Virus record (IMG/VR): IMGVR_UViG_3300035670_000060
Location: 1-64,000 of that record
DNA from: a virus
Strand: one strand, 5' to 3'
DNA length: 64,000 nt
Position 1 is the first letter of the stretch. Each line of letters begins with the position of its first letter. Position numbers and translations under genes: made by a program. This document shows positions 18,209 to 28,204 of the stretch, one piece after another. Under the pieces are notes generated by a model. It had not been told where the DNA came from and did not search any database. It worked only from the letters and a program-made list of their open reading frames with translations.

Positions 18209-18561
18209 CGTAATAACGCATTCTCTGTTCTATCAAGTTTAGGATGCCAAATTGATTTTGTTTTGTCACTCAAATTCTGACCAATTAGCTTTGCAAATTC
18301 TTCGTAATCTTCTTTATTACGAAAGTGGACGTAGATTGTTTTGTATGTAGGATTATCCTCTTGCTTATATTCTGGCATACCTTGCCAGAGTTTCTTCCAT
18401 TCTGCTTCTTCTTCAACTTCTAATAACTTCTTGTCTTCTTCAGTTAGATCCATCATCTCAGTCAAATCTAAAGAACCCGTAGCGGCTTCTTTCACGCCCA
18501 TAAGACTCTCATAGCGTGTAGACTCATCGACTGGTTTGATTTCAACTTTCTTTTTTGCCAT
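18193..18561 (-). CDS. Small conserved protein of the type usually found beside TAGT genes
   Basis: WQGMPEY, IYVHFRNKEDYEEF...IGQ...KSIWHP. Confidence 0.6.
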   Translation of the reverse strand: MAKKKVEIKPVDESTRYESLMGVKEAATGSLDLTEMMDLTEEDKKLLEVEEEAEWKKLWQGMPEYKQEDNPTYKTIYVHFRNKEDYEEFAKLIGQNLSDKTKSIWHPKLDRTENALLRWIVE

Positions 18562-19031
18562 TATTCAATCTCCAATTTTCTTACTGGAATGTTACATTTT
18601 GTGAGAAATTCAATACCATTATTGTTTCGGTACTCTTGATTATAAAATACTTCTAAAATACCACTTTGATAGATAATTTTAGCACAATCTAAACATGGAG
18701 AGCAAGTCACAAATAAAGATGCACCATTTCCACTCTCGGATGAACGTGCTAATTTAGCAATTGCATTTGATTCTGCATGAAGGACTTCTGGTTTAGTTTT
18801 CCATTCATGAGTGAGTTCATTATTAAAAATACCAGGTTCAATTTCTTTTCTATATACAACTAAGTCCTCACAGTCATTAGTCCATCCTGTTGGCATACCA
18901 TTATATCCAATTGATATGATTCTATCATCTTTCACAATCACTGCACCCACTTTTCTTCTTTTTGCATAACTATGTTCTGCAAAAAGTTTAGCAGTCTTCA
19001 TATAGGTGCCTAAGTATTTTTCTTTAATCAT
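18561..19031 (-). CDS. cd: dCMP deaminase
   Basis: KVGAVIV, GYNG, HAESNAI, SPCLDCAK zinc motifs. Confidence 0.93.
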   Translation of the reverse strand: MIKEKYLGTYMKTAKLFAEHSYAKRRKVGAVIVKDDRIISIGYNGMPTGWTNDCEDLVVYRKEIEPGIFNNELTHEWKTKPEVLHAESNAIAKLARSSESGNGASLFVTCSPCLDCAKIIYQSGILEVFYNQEYRNNNGIEFLTKCNIPVRKLEIE

Positions 19032-19542
19032 CTTTTTGGCCTTTAGCCCGTCTTCTCAATATAGTTCTTTTTCTTAATGCCCTATCCGCCTCAAATTTTG
19101 ATGCTGCTTGTGTAAACACTTTACCCTGCATATGATCATATTCATGAAGAACCACTCGACAAGTTATACCCATAAAACGTTTCGTTTCTGTTTCACCATA
19201 TTGATTTGTATAACGAACTCTTACCCATTCAGGTCTTTTGATATTCAGATATAAAAGAGGAAAACTTAAACATCCTTCTTTCAATGATATCATCTTATCT
19301 GATATTGCTACAATCACTGGATTAAATAATGCTGTTGGATTTGTTTCTTCAGATCGTATCACAAAAACACGATAGGGTAATCCGATCTGATTTGCAGACA
19401 AACCTAAACCATCATTTGCTACCATTGTTTCATTTAGATCAAAAGCAAGTTCTACAGGATCACATGGAGGATCAGAGAAATTAAAGTGTTCGCATGGTAC
19501 TCTTAATATAGGCGCAGTTTCTTTCAATAGTTCATATTTCAT
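19024..19542 (-). CDS. def: Peptide deformylase
   Basis: GLGLSANQIG, EGCLS, HEYDH. Confidence 0.95.
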   Translation of the reverse strand: MKYELLKETAPILRVPCEHFNFSDPPCDPVELAFDLNETMVANDGLGLSANQIGLPYRVFVIRSEETNPTALFNPVIVAISDKMISLKEGCLSFPLLYLNIKRPEWVRVRYTNQYGETETKRFMGITCRVVLHEYDHMQGKVFTQAASKFEADRALRKRTILRRRAKGQKDD

Positions 19543-21251
19543 TTTGCAATCCTTGAAAAATTATTTACCTTTTCAAATTTTATCACGTTATCAAATCTAT
19601 CTTGGAGAGCATCACCTTTATGACTGATAACAAATAGATTGCTATCATCCAACATTGCAAGAATTTTCATTAAGTCTTCTGTACCATTTGCATCTAACGA
19701 TGAATCAAAAATCTCATCAAGTATCAGTAGATTGGTATTTGCTGAGTTTTTCAGTTTTGCAACTGCTCTCCATGTCAGCATCAACGCCATATCTATACGC
19801 TGTTTTTCACCTTCACTAAATGACGCATAACTAAAATCATCACGATGTCTAGACTTAATTGTTTCTTTAAAAGATTCGTCAAGCGTAAAGTTCACAAAGA
19901 AATCCATCGCTTGAAGATTCTTATTGACTAACTTGTTAATGATTGGTATATATTGTTTTACGATTCTTGTTTTGATACCACCATCCTTGAGTAAAGATGT
20001 AGCAGCATCATAATACGATTTTTGTGTGTTCAGTTCCGTATGTCTTACTTGAAAATCTTTCAATTGCTCTTCAACCAAATTCAATTTTTCTTTTTGTTCA
20101 TTCAAGTCTGTCTTAGAATTCTTTACGGATTCTAATTCACGATTCAAAGAATCGAGAACACTCTTTGCTGCAAATGCTTTTATTTGCCATTTAGAGATTG
20201 CAGTATTGTTATTTGCAATCGCACTTGCTATGCCCTCATACAAATTTATTTTATGTTTGAGTGCTAACGACTCCTCTTCAAGCGTTCTTATTGCGGTGTT
20301 GACTTCTTCATGCTTAGATGTTTTATCTGATATAACTTTTTGCTTGAATGATTCTGTGATTGTCTGCTTGCATGTCGGACATGTTTCAGTGTTATGATAG
20401 AATGCAATGTCATTGCAAATTTTATCACTTGTTTTTGTCAAGTTAACTTTGATTGTTTGCTGCTTCTCCAACTTCTTTTGTGATGATGCTAAATCAACAA
20501 TTTCTTGTGTTAATAATTCATTTTCAGCAGCAAGCGTTCCATGATTAGTTTTACATTCAGCAATTTCATTTGTTGTGTTTGCGATATGACTTTCAAGTGC
20601 TTTGATTTTATCAGCACTATTTCGTTCTAATGTTTGTATCAAAGCAACAATGCTCTGCATACGTTCGGTATGTATAGCAACATCGCTTTTGATTTGTGTC
20701 ATTGCATCTTTCAATGATTGGACTTTATCTTTAAGTACCGTATTCATTTTTGAAAAGATTTGAATGTCCAATAAATCTTCAATGATTTGTCTACGGTCTG
20801 CTGCACTCAATTGCATAAATGGTGTAAATGATGCGCTACCCAAAACGACAATCTGCGTGAAAGACTTATGATTAAGTTTGAGAATGTTTTTCTCTAAATG
20901 GTCTTGATAATCTTTTGCAGATGCGTTTTGAGTAACCAATTCATAGTTACAATAAACTTCAAAGATTCCTGGCTTCAAACCACGAATGACTTTATAGAAT
21001 TTGGTACCAATCATAAATTCAATTTCTACAACACAATCACGTTGATTGATGCTGTTCAACAATTGTGGCTTGTTGATATTGCGAAACGGTTTACCAAATA
21101 GACCAAAGCACAAAGCATCAAGCATGGTAGACTTGCCTGATCCATTTGCGCCAATGATAAGTGTGTTTGGTGAATCACATAGATTCAACTCAGTAAAATA
21201 ATTACCAGTTGATATGAAATTCTTCCATCTAAGTTTTTTAAAAGTTATCAT
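19539..21251 (-). CDS. gp46: Recombination nuclease ATPase subunit gp46 (Rad50/SbcC-like)
   Basis: GANGSGKST, CPTC hook, FSEGEK, LDE, ISH. Confidence 0.96.
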   Translation of the reverse strand: MITFKKLRWKNFISTGNYFTELNLCDSPNTLIIGANGSGKSTMLDALCFGLFGKPFRNINKPQLLNSINQRDCVVEIEFMIGTKFYKVIRGLKPGIFEVYCNYELVTQNASAKDYQDHLEKNILKLNHKSFTQIVVLGSASFTPFMQLSAADRRQIIEDLLDIQIFSKMNTVLKDKVQSLKDAMTQIKSDVAIHTERMQSIVALIQTLERNSADKIKALESHIANTTNEIAECKTNHGTLAAENELLTQEIVDLASSQKKLEKQQTIKVNLTKTSDKICNDIAFYHNTETCPTCKQTITESFKQKVISDKTSKHEEVNTAIRTLEEESLALKHKINLYEGIASAIANNNTAISKWQIKAFAAKSVLDSLNRELESVKNSKTDLNEQKEKLNLVEEQLKDFQVRHTELNTQKSYYDAATSLLKDGGIKTRIVKQYIPIINKLVNKNLQAMDFFVNFTLDESFKETIKSRHRDDFSYASFSEGEKQRIDMALMLTWRAVAKLKNSANTNLLILDEIFDSSLDANGTEDLMKILAMLDDSNLFVISHKGDALQDRFDNVIKFEKVNNFSRIAK

Positions 21252-22339
21252 GCATTTGATTCAGTTTCAAGTGACAATGCTTCAACATAAAGTTCTTGCA
21301 TCAGGTTCTTCAATCTATTTGGTGCAACATTCAATTCTTGACCATCAATGTATTTGGAAAGAATTGTCATGGTGTCTTCCGCTTGATTGATTATATCATC
21401 ATTTGACTCTACTTGTGAAGTAAAATCTTCTACAATTTGTAAGTCTGCTGGTTCAGTTTTCATAATTGCATTGACAACATTATCAAAAAGATTTTGGTCA
21501 GTCTTATTCACAGCTATAAGTTTCACATAAGTGTCCTTGTACAAACCATTCGCTTTCATGGTATACTGAAGATTGCCTAAGAATCCATTCTCACCATAAT
21601 CTTTGGTATCATCATAATTTACTTTGTAAAACATACGATATGGATTCTCAATGAATTCAACAACATACGTGTCGGTATCCAAAATGGCAATGTATTTCTG
21701 ATCACGGTAATCATTCCAATATAGTTCATAGGGTGTACCAAGATATGTCACATTGTTTCTTTGCGAAAACGTATGAAAGTGCCCACTGTATACGCTATGA
21801 TAATTAGAAAGAATTTGGTCATTTAATCCCTCATGATGTGGCGCCACATTTTTTATCATAGCATAACCTGATAACTCAAAATGCCCACAGCACACATACG
21901 ATTTACTTTCGTTGATAAAATTCATAACGTCAGATTGATTCTCTTTACATATCCATGGTATAAGATCCATATTCCATTGTTCAATGGTTGTTGGATCTTT
22001 TACTACAGTGATATTGGAATAGTCTGAAAGTAATAATTCTGGTGAATTGACTGATACACTTTCTTTCCAAAATATATCATGGTTACCTAGAAGCGTGTGC
22101 ATGTCAATATCATTATCGTACATAGGCTGAAAGAAATATTTTCTAGCCTCTGTCAATGTTTGAAAATTGATATACTTTCTTCTATCAAACAAATCACCTA
22201 ATTGGATGATTTTTTTGACACCAAGTTCGTTTAGTTTAGGAAAAAAGAATTCGCTATAAAACTTTTCATAATAATTATGGAATACTTTGCTGTCGTTTCT
22301 TACACCAAAATGAGTATCACCGAGTAGACATACTTTCAT
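21248..22339 (-). CDS. gp47: Recombination nuclease subunit gp47 (Mre11/SbcD-like)
   Basis: GDTHFG, GDLFD, GNHD, SGHFH. Confidence 0.96.
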   Translation of the reverse strand: MKVCLLGDTHFGVRNDSKVFHNYYEKFYSEFFFPKLNELGVKKIIQLGDLFDRRKYINFQTLTEARKYFFQPMYDNDIDMHTLLGNHDIFWKESVSVNSPELLLSDYSNITVVKDPTTIEQWNMDLIPWICKENQSDVMNFINESKSYVCCGHFELSGYAMIKNVAPHHEGLNDQILSNYHSVYSGHFHTFSQRNNVTYLGTPYELYWNDYRDQKYIAILDTDTYVVEFIENPYRMFYKVNYDDTKDYGENGFLGNLQYTMKANGLYKDTYVKLIAVNKTDQNLFDNVVNAIMKTEPADLQIVEDFTSQVESNDDIINQAEDTMTILSKYIDGQELNVAPNRLKNLMQELYVEALSLETESNA

Positions 22340-22499
22340 AACGTTTTTTCAACTTTGCACTGGTTAAATGTTTGTCGATTGTATCACGAATGTTCTTTAA
22401 ATGCAACATCGCCTGTTCTTTTAAATCACTTGGCGATTTCTTGTTGTCTATAATTCTAATCCAGTGTTCAACTTGCACTGGTAATGGCGTTTGCATCAT
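22317..22499 (-). CDS. Small hypothetical protein
   Basis: Likely start MMQTPL at 22499 after GGAGG; bridges gp55 and gp47 with overlaps. Confidence 0.55.
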   Translation of the reverse strand: MMQTPLPVQVEHWIRIIDNKKSPSDLKEQAMLHLKNIRDTIDKHLTSAKLKKRYESMSTR

Positions 22500-23046
22500 C
22501 GTCCTCCATAAACTCTTCAAGTTTGCTCTTACGCTTGCGAACTTTTCTTCGTTTGTTATCTTCAAATGTGTTAATAAAATCTCTAATGAATTCTTCGCTA
22601 TAACTATCATGAAGAATACCATTAAGATGCCCAGCTACTAAATCTTCACCATTATTTTCAATCAGTGAATTGATGACTTCGTTTTCCATTGACTTGTACT
22701 TAACATACAACTGCTTCTTTTCTTTTTGAATTCTTCGAAGAAAAGCATAGTAGATAATTTGTGTAAAGTATGCAAATGGATTGCTTGATTTTTCTGGATC
22801 AAAATTATCAATGTAAAGAAGGCAGTTTTCTACACCATCAGAAATCATATCGTCTTTAAATGTATAATTTGCAAAATTTGGTTTTCGTGCAAGATGTGAT
22901 GCAATCTTGAAAATGCACTCACCAATATATTCTGGTACCCTTGGTCTTTGTTTACCATTTTCTTTTGCTTCAATCACATTCAGTCTGAATGCTTTCATCT
23001 GCTCTAAAAATTTTTCGTTATTTACATAATGTGCTTTAGCCATCAA
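22468..23046 (-). CDS. gp55: Late-transcription sigma factor gp55
   Basis: HYVNN, YIGEC, NPFAYFTQIIYYAFLRRIQKEKKQ. Confidence 0.96.
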   Translation of the reverse strand: MMAKAHYVNNEKFLEQMKAFRLNVIEAKENGKQRPRVPEYIGECIFKIASHLARKPNFANYTFKDDMISDGVENCLLYIDNFDPEKSSNPFAYFTQIIYYAFLRRIQKEKKQLYVKYKSMENEVINSLIENNGEDLVAGHLNGILHDSYSEEFIRDFINTFEDNKRRKVRKRKSKLEEFMEDDDANAITSAS

Positions 23047-23058
23047 TACTCCTTTATC

Positions 23059-23087
23059 TTGACAAAATCATCTACCATTGTTATAAT
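23059..23087 (+). promoter_or_regulatory. Consensus sigma70 promoter in antisense orientation
   Basis: TTGACA-17 nt-TATAAT on the + strand with no + strand ORF downstream. Confidence 0.6.
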
Positions 23088-23099
23088 GGCTGTGTTAGT

Positions 23100-23474
23100 T
23101 TAATGAAGAGTTCTATTGATATTAGATAGCATAGATTCATCTATATCATCAATCTCTATCGATTCATCCTCTTCTTTATTCTTCTTCATGTTTAAATATT
23201 TTTGATATGCTTCGTAGTATGAAACTCTGATATCTTGTCCAACAGGACCCATAGATACAATAGTAAATTTATTAAAATGTATAGGACTATCGTAATCTAA
23301 AAATACATCCCACTTCATCATGCCAATACTAAATCCATTGCCACCACGTGATGGCATAGGTACAATTTTTAATGGAAAGTTTACAACTATAGTTGAAGAA
23401 GATTCTTCAATGACTTCAGCAAGTAAATCGTCTGATGTTGTAAGTTTAATTAATCTGACGTTTTCTAATAACAT
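23100..23474 (-). CDS. Conserved hypothetical protein between uvsW and gp55
   Basis: LIKLTTSDDLLAEV N-terminus resembles the 5537..5833 protein; usual position in marine and freshwater T4-like phages. Confidence 0.65.
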   Translation of the reverse strand: MLLENVRLIKLTTSDDLLAEVIEESSSTIVVNFPLKIVPMPSRGGNGFSIGMMKWDVFLDYDSPIHFNKFTIVSMGPVGQDIRVSYYEAYQKYLNMKKNKEEDESIEIDDIDESMLSNINRTLH

Positions 23475-23475
23475 C

Positions 23476-24930
23476 TTAGTCCTTTAAATTGATTGTATAT
23501 ATTTTATAATCAAACTTTTCATCATTATAAATTTTCATTCTCTCTTTAAAATGTTGAAGTGTAAAATTACTTTTACTTTTATAACTAATATCATCGGCTA
23601 TATCATATAATACAGCATTCTCTTTATTCTCACCAAGTCTCAAGCCACGACCAATTGATTGAAGTGTTCTAATTTTACTTTTACTGGGTGATGCAAAAAT
23701 AATGTTATGTAAATTACGAATATTAATACCAGTAGAAAATGTACCATAAGATGCTACGATAATTGCATTGGTTTGATTTTCTGTTAATTGACGAATGTGT
23801 TCTCTATCATCAACGTTTACATCACCATAAACAAAAGAAACTTCTCTATTTTTTACAAAAGATTGGATCATATCAAAAAGAACTTTACCATGCTTTTCAA
23901 CTAATTGAAATAAAACAAGAGTGTTACCTTTGAGACTTGCTGCAAGATTTCTTATGAACCTGTTTCTTTCATGGTTTGAAACCAAATAATCTATTTCTTC
24001 TTGATACTTATAACTTTTGCATTGTCTGGATTTTTCTTCACTGTGTTTCAATATCAACGCTTTAATAGAAAACTTAGCAAGTCTACCAGTATCAATGAGT
24101 TCTTTTGTTGTTGTAACTGAAAATTGTTTACCAAATAATCCTTCAAGAACTAACTTATGTGTCTGAGTGCCGTCAAGTGTGCCTGTCAATCCAAAACGAT
24201 ACTTGCATTGTGTCATTTTAGATAACAATGTCGTAAGTGACTTTGCTTTGAACTGGTGTGCTTCGTCGCCAATGACAACCGAAAATTGATTAAACCATTC
24301 TTTAGGCAGTGTGTAGATACTTTGCCAAGTGGAGATTACAATTTGTTTGTCTGTTGCTTTATCAGCGCCAGCCATAATTTGATGTATGTATTTATCGCTA
24401 GCAATTCCGTAGTCTAACATGTCTTTTGCTAACTGTGCGACAAGAGATATTGTTGGTACGATGATAAGCGTTCTTTCGTTGTACCATCGTGTCAGCAAAT
24501 AGATAATGAGTGACTTGCCTGATGCTGTCGGTGAAACCAATAACGCTCTTCGCTTTCTCACGCACCTAATAAATGAGTTTAATTGATAGTCACGGACTTC
24601 GAATGGTATTTGAAGCATTGATATAAAATCTGTCGCTTCTTTTACTGAAAATTCATCATCAACATTTAAATTGTCGTGAATTTCTATTTTATATTCTCTT
24701 TCTGTCGCAAATTTTTGAACATAATCTATCAAGCCACCATAGAGTGTATGATCTTGCGTATTGAATAGTCGAATCTTACCATCCCAAATTTTATTTCGAA
24801 ATGCTGGCATAAATTTGTAACCAGGCACATAGAAAGTGAAATACTCGGACAACTCCGCTGCCATAGACCTTTCACATTCTATCTTAACATAGACTTCGTT
24901 ATAATGTTTAATGATTAGTTTATTGTGCAT
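23476..24930 (-). CDS. uvsW: SF2 helicase UvsW
   Basis: SPTASGKS, DEAH, GLTGT, QSIGRGLR. Confidence 0.96.
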   Translation of the reverse strand: MHNKLIIKHYNEVYVKIECERSMAAELSEYFTFYVPGYKFMPAFRNKIWDGKIRLFNTQDHTLYGGLIDYVQKFATEREYKIEIHDNLNVDDEFSVKEATDFISMLQIPFEVRDYQLNSFIRCVRKRRALLVSPTASGKSLIIYLLTRWYNERTLIIVPTISLVAQLAKDMLDYGIASDKYIHQIMAGADKATDKQIVISTWQSIYTLPKEWFNQFSVVIGDEAHQFKAKSLTTLLSKMTQCKYRFGLTGTLDGTQTHKLVLEGLFGKQFSVTTTKELIDTGRLAKFSIKALILKHSEEKSRQCKSYKYQEEIDYLVSNHERNRFIRNLAASLKGNTLVLFQLVEKHGKVLFDMIQSFVKNREVSFVYGDVNVDDREHIRQLTENQTNAIIVASYGTFSTGINIRNLHNIIFASPSKSKIRTLQSIGRGLRLGENKENAVLYDIADDISYKSKSNFTLQHFKERMKIYNDEKFDYKIYTINLKD

Positions 24931-24957
24931 TATAATGTTTAATGATTAGTTTATTGT
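24899..24957. repeat. 28-bp exact tandem duplication (31-nt period) at the uvsY/uvsW junction
   Basis: TTATAATGTTTAATGATTAGTTTATTGT at 24899-24926 and 24930-24957. Confidence 0.9.
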
Positions 24958-25388
24958 ACACCTTGCGTAAATTTCTTCCATTCTATAGCATTTTTAATTT
25001 GAAAATTTCTTTGATTGAGATTCTTCACAATCTCTTCAAGTAGTTGCATTTTTTCTTTTTGGTTCGCAATCTTTACATGATGTTTGATGATGTCTTTGTC
25101 TGATTCAATGTACATTTCAATCTCATGCTTTAATAGTCTTTTTTGAAATGGCATCCATTCCAATTCATCTAGTTCATCTTGCGACATTCTACCATTATAA
25201 TATTCATGTTTTTTCAATGATATATCTTTGATTTCAAACTCATATGCTTTGAGTTTGCGTCTTTCTTCAAAGTAAATCTTCATGTATTTACTATGTAGTT
25301 GTGGTATTTTAATTGATTCTTCACCGAGTTCAGTTGAATCAATTTCCGCATCTTTGCGCCATTCTTCAAGTATTTGATCAAGTGTCAT
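24951..25388 (-). CDS. uvsY: Recombination mediator UvsY
   Basis: WRKDAEID, IPQLHSKY, RNFQIKNAIEW; start MTLDQ at 25388 after GAGG. Confidence 0.92.
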   Translation of the reverse strand: MTLDQILEEWRKDAEIDSTELGEESIKIPQLHSKYMKIYFEERRKLKAYEFEIKDISLKKHEYYNGRMSQDELDELEWMPFQKRLLKHEIEMYIESDKDIIKHHVKIANQKEKMQLLEEIVKNLNQRNFQIKNAIEWKKFTQGVQ

Positions 25389-25441
25389 GTATACCTCATC
25401 ACAAAATATAATGACCATTATATCATATTATATTTTATATA

Positions 25442-25978
25442 TCAAGCATCATCTATGGTATAATATGTGTATCCAAAAGTTACGGATGTTGTATTGAATT
25501 CTTGACCAGAATCAATTGATGTAAAGTTGATTTCACCAATCTCTACAGGAAACAAATCATAAAAACTTATTTTCTTATTAGGATTATTTGCATTTGTTTT
25601 AATGATGAGTGTCGCATCTGAAGTGATACTATTATTTTTTCCTGGTGTTTTTGTTAATGTTCCAATTTTATCTTTTGTAACTGGATTACCTAATTGCGTT
25701 ATCCAATAATAAATTTCAGTCCATGCTTCCATATTCTCATCAACGATAAAATTTGCAGATAATTGACCAAAAACAAGTTGATTACCCGGTAAGGGTGTAA
25801 GTACAAAGGGATTGTTTACTGATGGATTCAATAATGTTATGCCAGGCAAATTAATTTGTTGAACAAAAAATGTGAGATTAGGCAATCTTTTGATAACAAA
25901 TTCATATTTGTTATTTGAAAGAAAACTTTTGTTTGTTGGTTCAAATGAAAATTCTGCCACTGTATTCTCCTGTTTCAC
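25442..25978 (-). CDS. gp3: Tail completion / sheath stabiliser gp3
   Basis: FLSNNKYEF, FFVQQINLPG, FIVDENM, DATL, FP; downstream of gp23. Confidence 0.85.
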   Translation of the reverse strand: MKQENTVAEFSFEPTNKSFLSNNKYEFVIKRLPNLTFFVQQINLPGITLLNPSVNNPFVLTPLPGNQLVFGQLSANFIVDENMEAWTEIYYWITQLGNPVTKDKIGTLTKTPGKNNSITSDATLIIKTNANNPNKKISFYDLFPVEIGEINFTSIDSGQEFNTTSVTFGYTYYTIDDA

Positions 25979-25986
25979 TATTTATA
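25979..25986 (-). promoter_or_regulatory. T4-type late promoter TATAAATA
   Basis: Exact TATAAATA directly upstream of gp3. Confidence 0.7.
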
Positions 25987-25991
25987 GTAAC

Positions 25992-26017
25992 AAAAAAGGG
26001 GATCTTGCGATCCCCTT
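25992..26017 (-). terminator. Rho-independent terminator after gp23
   Basis: Minus strand GGGGATC-GCAA-GATCCCC-TTTTTT. Confidence 0.85.
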
Positions 26018-26046
26018 CAAGCCCGATATACTTCGGTTCAATAAAA

Positions 26047-27381
26047 TTACATTAAATTCTGGATTGCAAAACGACGGTAGTAAATATTTTTCTTGCTGAA
26101 AGAAATATCACCGTCAGCGTTTGATGTGGCAAATGGGTTTGCTACCATACCATAACGTGTTTTGAAACCGATTTTTGGTTGGAATGTATCTTGACCAACT
26201 GCACGAACCATCTGTAGTGGCACATATGGGCAGTAGAACAAACCAGCATCAAATGCTGAAGTGCCTTTGTAGCCCATTGTAGCATAGTGTACACCACTTG
26301 ATGCTGCAAAATAAGGATCAATATAAACTTTGATACGACCATTTAGAACACCTGCAAATGTGTTACCTGTGTCATCAACTTGTAGGTTATTTGACAATGC
26401 TGGTGTATAATCTAGAACACCTGCCATCTGAAGTGCTGATGCAACGTCTGATGAACAAATCATGATGTTACCTTTACCACGACGAGTAGCTTTTGCAATT
26501 GCATTTGCTTCACGCTCTAGTTGGAACATCAAACCTTTGAATTTTTCAACTGACCAACGACCATTAGCGTCAACGTCTAAGTCAAATCTACCTGCAACTG
26601 CAACGTTTTCTTGTGCGCCAACTGTTGCTGAAATGTTAATTTGACGAACAACTTCACGATTGATTTCAGCAAGAATTTCTGTTGAAAGAATGTTAGCAAG
26701 TTCTTGCTCTGCATCAAGACCATGAACTGCTTTAAGATCCTGTGCAAGTTCCATTGTGTATTCTGCTTTAAGAGCACGACTCTTAGCAACAACGGAAATC
26801 TTTTCAATGCTGAATGCCATTTCTTGGAATGCATTGTTTGATGCATCGCCAAGTGCTTCAGCCTGTGCTGTTGTCATACCTGTACCAACTGTATAGTTAC
26901 TTGACGTAGCAAGAGCTGGTGTAGCACCGCTTTGCTCTACACCAAATTCACCGTCTCTGTTTGTAGCAGAGAATGTTGTATTTGCTTCGTTAAACAATGC
27001 TTCAGTACCGCCTTGTGTGCTATAACGTGAACGCATTGCAAAAATTAGACCAGTTGGACCTGTCATTGGCTGAACACCACAAATATCATAAGCGATAAGA
27101 TTTGGTGCTGCACGACGAATCAAACTGATAAGAACTGGATCGTAAATATCGATTGCGCCATCACCAGCTGTAGAAGATGATGCTCCCATAGCATTTGTTG
27201 GTGCTGTTTCTAGCAAAGACTGTGGATTGCGATATCCTGCTGAACCATTTGTGCGTGAATCGATTTCCTGATTCTCTAAAAGTTGTGCTGTAACTGCACG
27301 ACGATGTGGATCTTTAATTGTTCCAAGATCAGGGTGGTCTAAAACTGGTGCCCATTTTTTAACTAGGGAATCAATATTCAT
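26047..27381 (-). CDS. gp23: Major capsid protein gp23
   Basis: GVQPMTGPTGLIFAMRSRY, SRALKAEYTMELAQDLKAVHGLDAE, FQPKIGFKTRYG. Confidence 0.98.
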   Translation of the reverse strand: MNIDSLVKKWAPVLDHPDLGTIKDPHRRAVTAQLLENQEIDSRTNGSAGYRNPQSLLETAPTNAMGASSSTAGDGAIDIYDPVLISLIRRAAPNLIAYDICGVQPMTGPTGLIFAMRSRYSTQGGTEALFNEANTTFSATNRDGEFGVEQSGATPALATSSNYTVGTGMTTAQAEALGDASNNAFQEMAFSIEKISVVAKSRALKAEYTMELAQDLKAVHGLDAEQELANILSTEILAEINREVVRQINISATVGAQENVAVAGRFDLDVDANGRWSVEKFKGLMFQLEREANAIAKATRRGKGNIMICSSDVASALQMAGVLDYTPALSNNLQVDDTGNTFAGVLNGRIKVYIDPYFAASSGVHYATMGYKGTSAFDAGLFYCPYVPLQMVRAVGQDTFQPKIGFKTRYGMVANPFATSNADGDISFSKKNIYYRRFAIQNLM

Positions 27382-27423
27382 TTCTATCTCCTTAATTGAA
27401 TGAGTATTCTTTAACTCTTTTAT

Positions 27424-27431
27424 TATTTATA
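27424..27431 (-). promoter_or_regulatory. T4-type late promoter TATAAATA
   Basis: Exact motif upstream of gp23. Confidence 0.8.
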
Positions 27432-27436
27432 AAAAA

Positions 27437-28204
27437 TTATTTTCTGAGAATCCGTGAGATGCTATTCACATAATGCTGCATCTGTGGGCTGTATGATTCA
27501 TCAAGCGATTCACTTGATTCTTCCATAGAAGTTTTTGTTTCAGGTTCTGTTGCTGATTCAAAGTATTTTTTTCTAACCAAAAGAAGTTTTTCTTTGTAGT
27601 CTTCTTCTGATACGAATTCAATATTTTCTGATAGTGATTCTAATTTAGCTTGCTGTATTTCTGTAAGTCCTTCTGAGACTTCAGACGCAATCAAAGCCAT
27701 TTTGAAACTACTAATTTCAGCACGAAGTGAAACATTATCTGCTACAGCATTATTTAATTCTTCTTCAATTGTTTCAATTCTTGTAGCAAATTCTTCTATT
27801 ACATCAACTTTATCCTCAGGAATGTCAACATAATGTTCTGCAAAAAGATTCTTTAGCCCTAGCATAAAATCTTCTACCAATTCAGCCTTAAGACCTTTTT
27901 CAATTGCAATTTTATTATCTTCCACCCACTCAGCAACAACATAGTCTAAATATTCATCAATTTTAGATACCATGCCGTCGTTGAATTCTTGTTTTGCTTC
28001 TTCGAGTTTTGTTTCAAATTCTTCTTGAAGTTGTGCTTGATGTTCTTCTACTTTAGCAAGAACGGCTGCTTCAAAAATTGCTTTTGCTTTTGTTTTAAAT
28101 TCTTCTGAAAGTTCTTCGCCAGAAAAAATTGCAGACACTTCAGCGTCTACATCTTTCTTTAACTGAGAATCATCTTCAGTGATTTCTTTTTTCTCAACAC
28201 CCAT
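27437..28204 (-). CDS. gp22: Prohead core scaffold gp22
   Basis: LSEEFKTKAKAIFEAAV, YLDYVVAEW, acidic coiled coil; start at 28204 after AGGAG. Confidence 0.92.
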   Translation of the reverse strand: MGVEKKEITEDDSQLKKDVDAEVSAIFSGEELSEEFKTKAKAIFEAAVLAKVEEHQAQLQEEFETKLEEAKQEFNDGMVSKIDEYLDYVVAEWVEDNKIAIEKGLKAELVEDFMLGLKNLFAEHYVDIPEDKVDVIEEFATRIETIEEELNNAVADNVSLRAEISSFKMALIASEVSEGLTEIQQAKLESLSENIEFVSEEDYKEKLLLVRKKYFESATEPETKTSMEESSESLDESYSPQMQHYVNSISRILRK

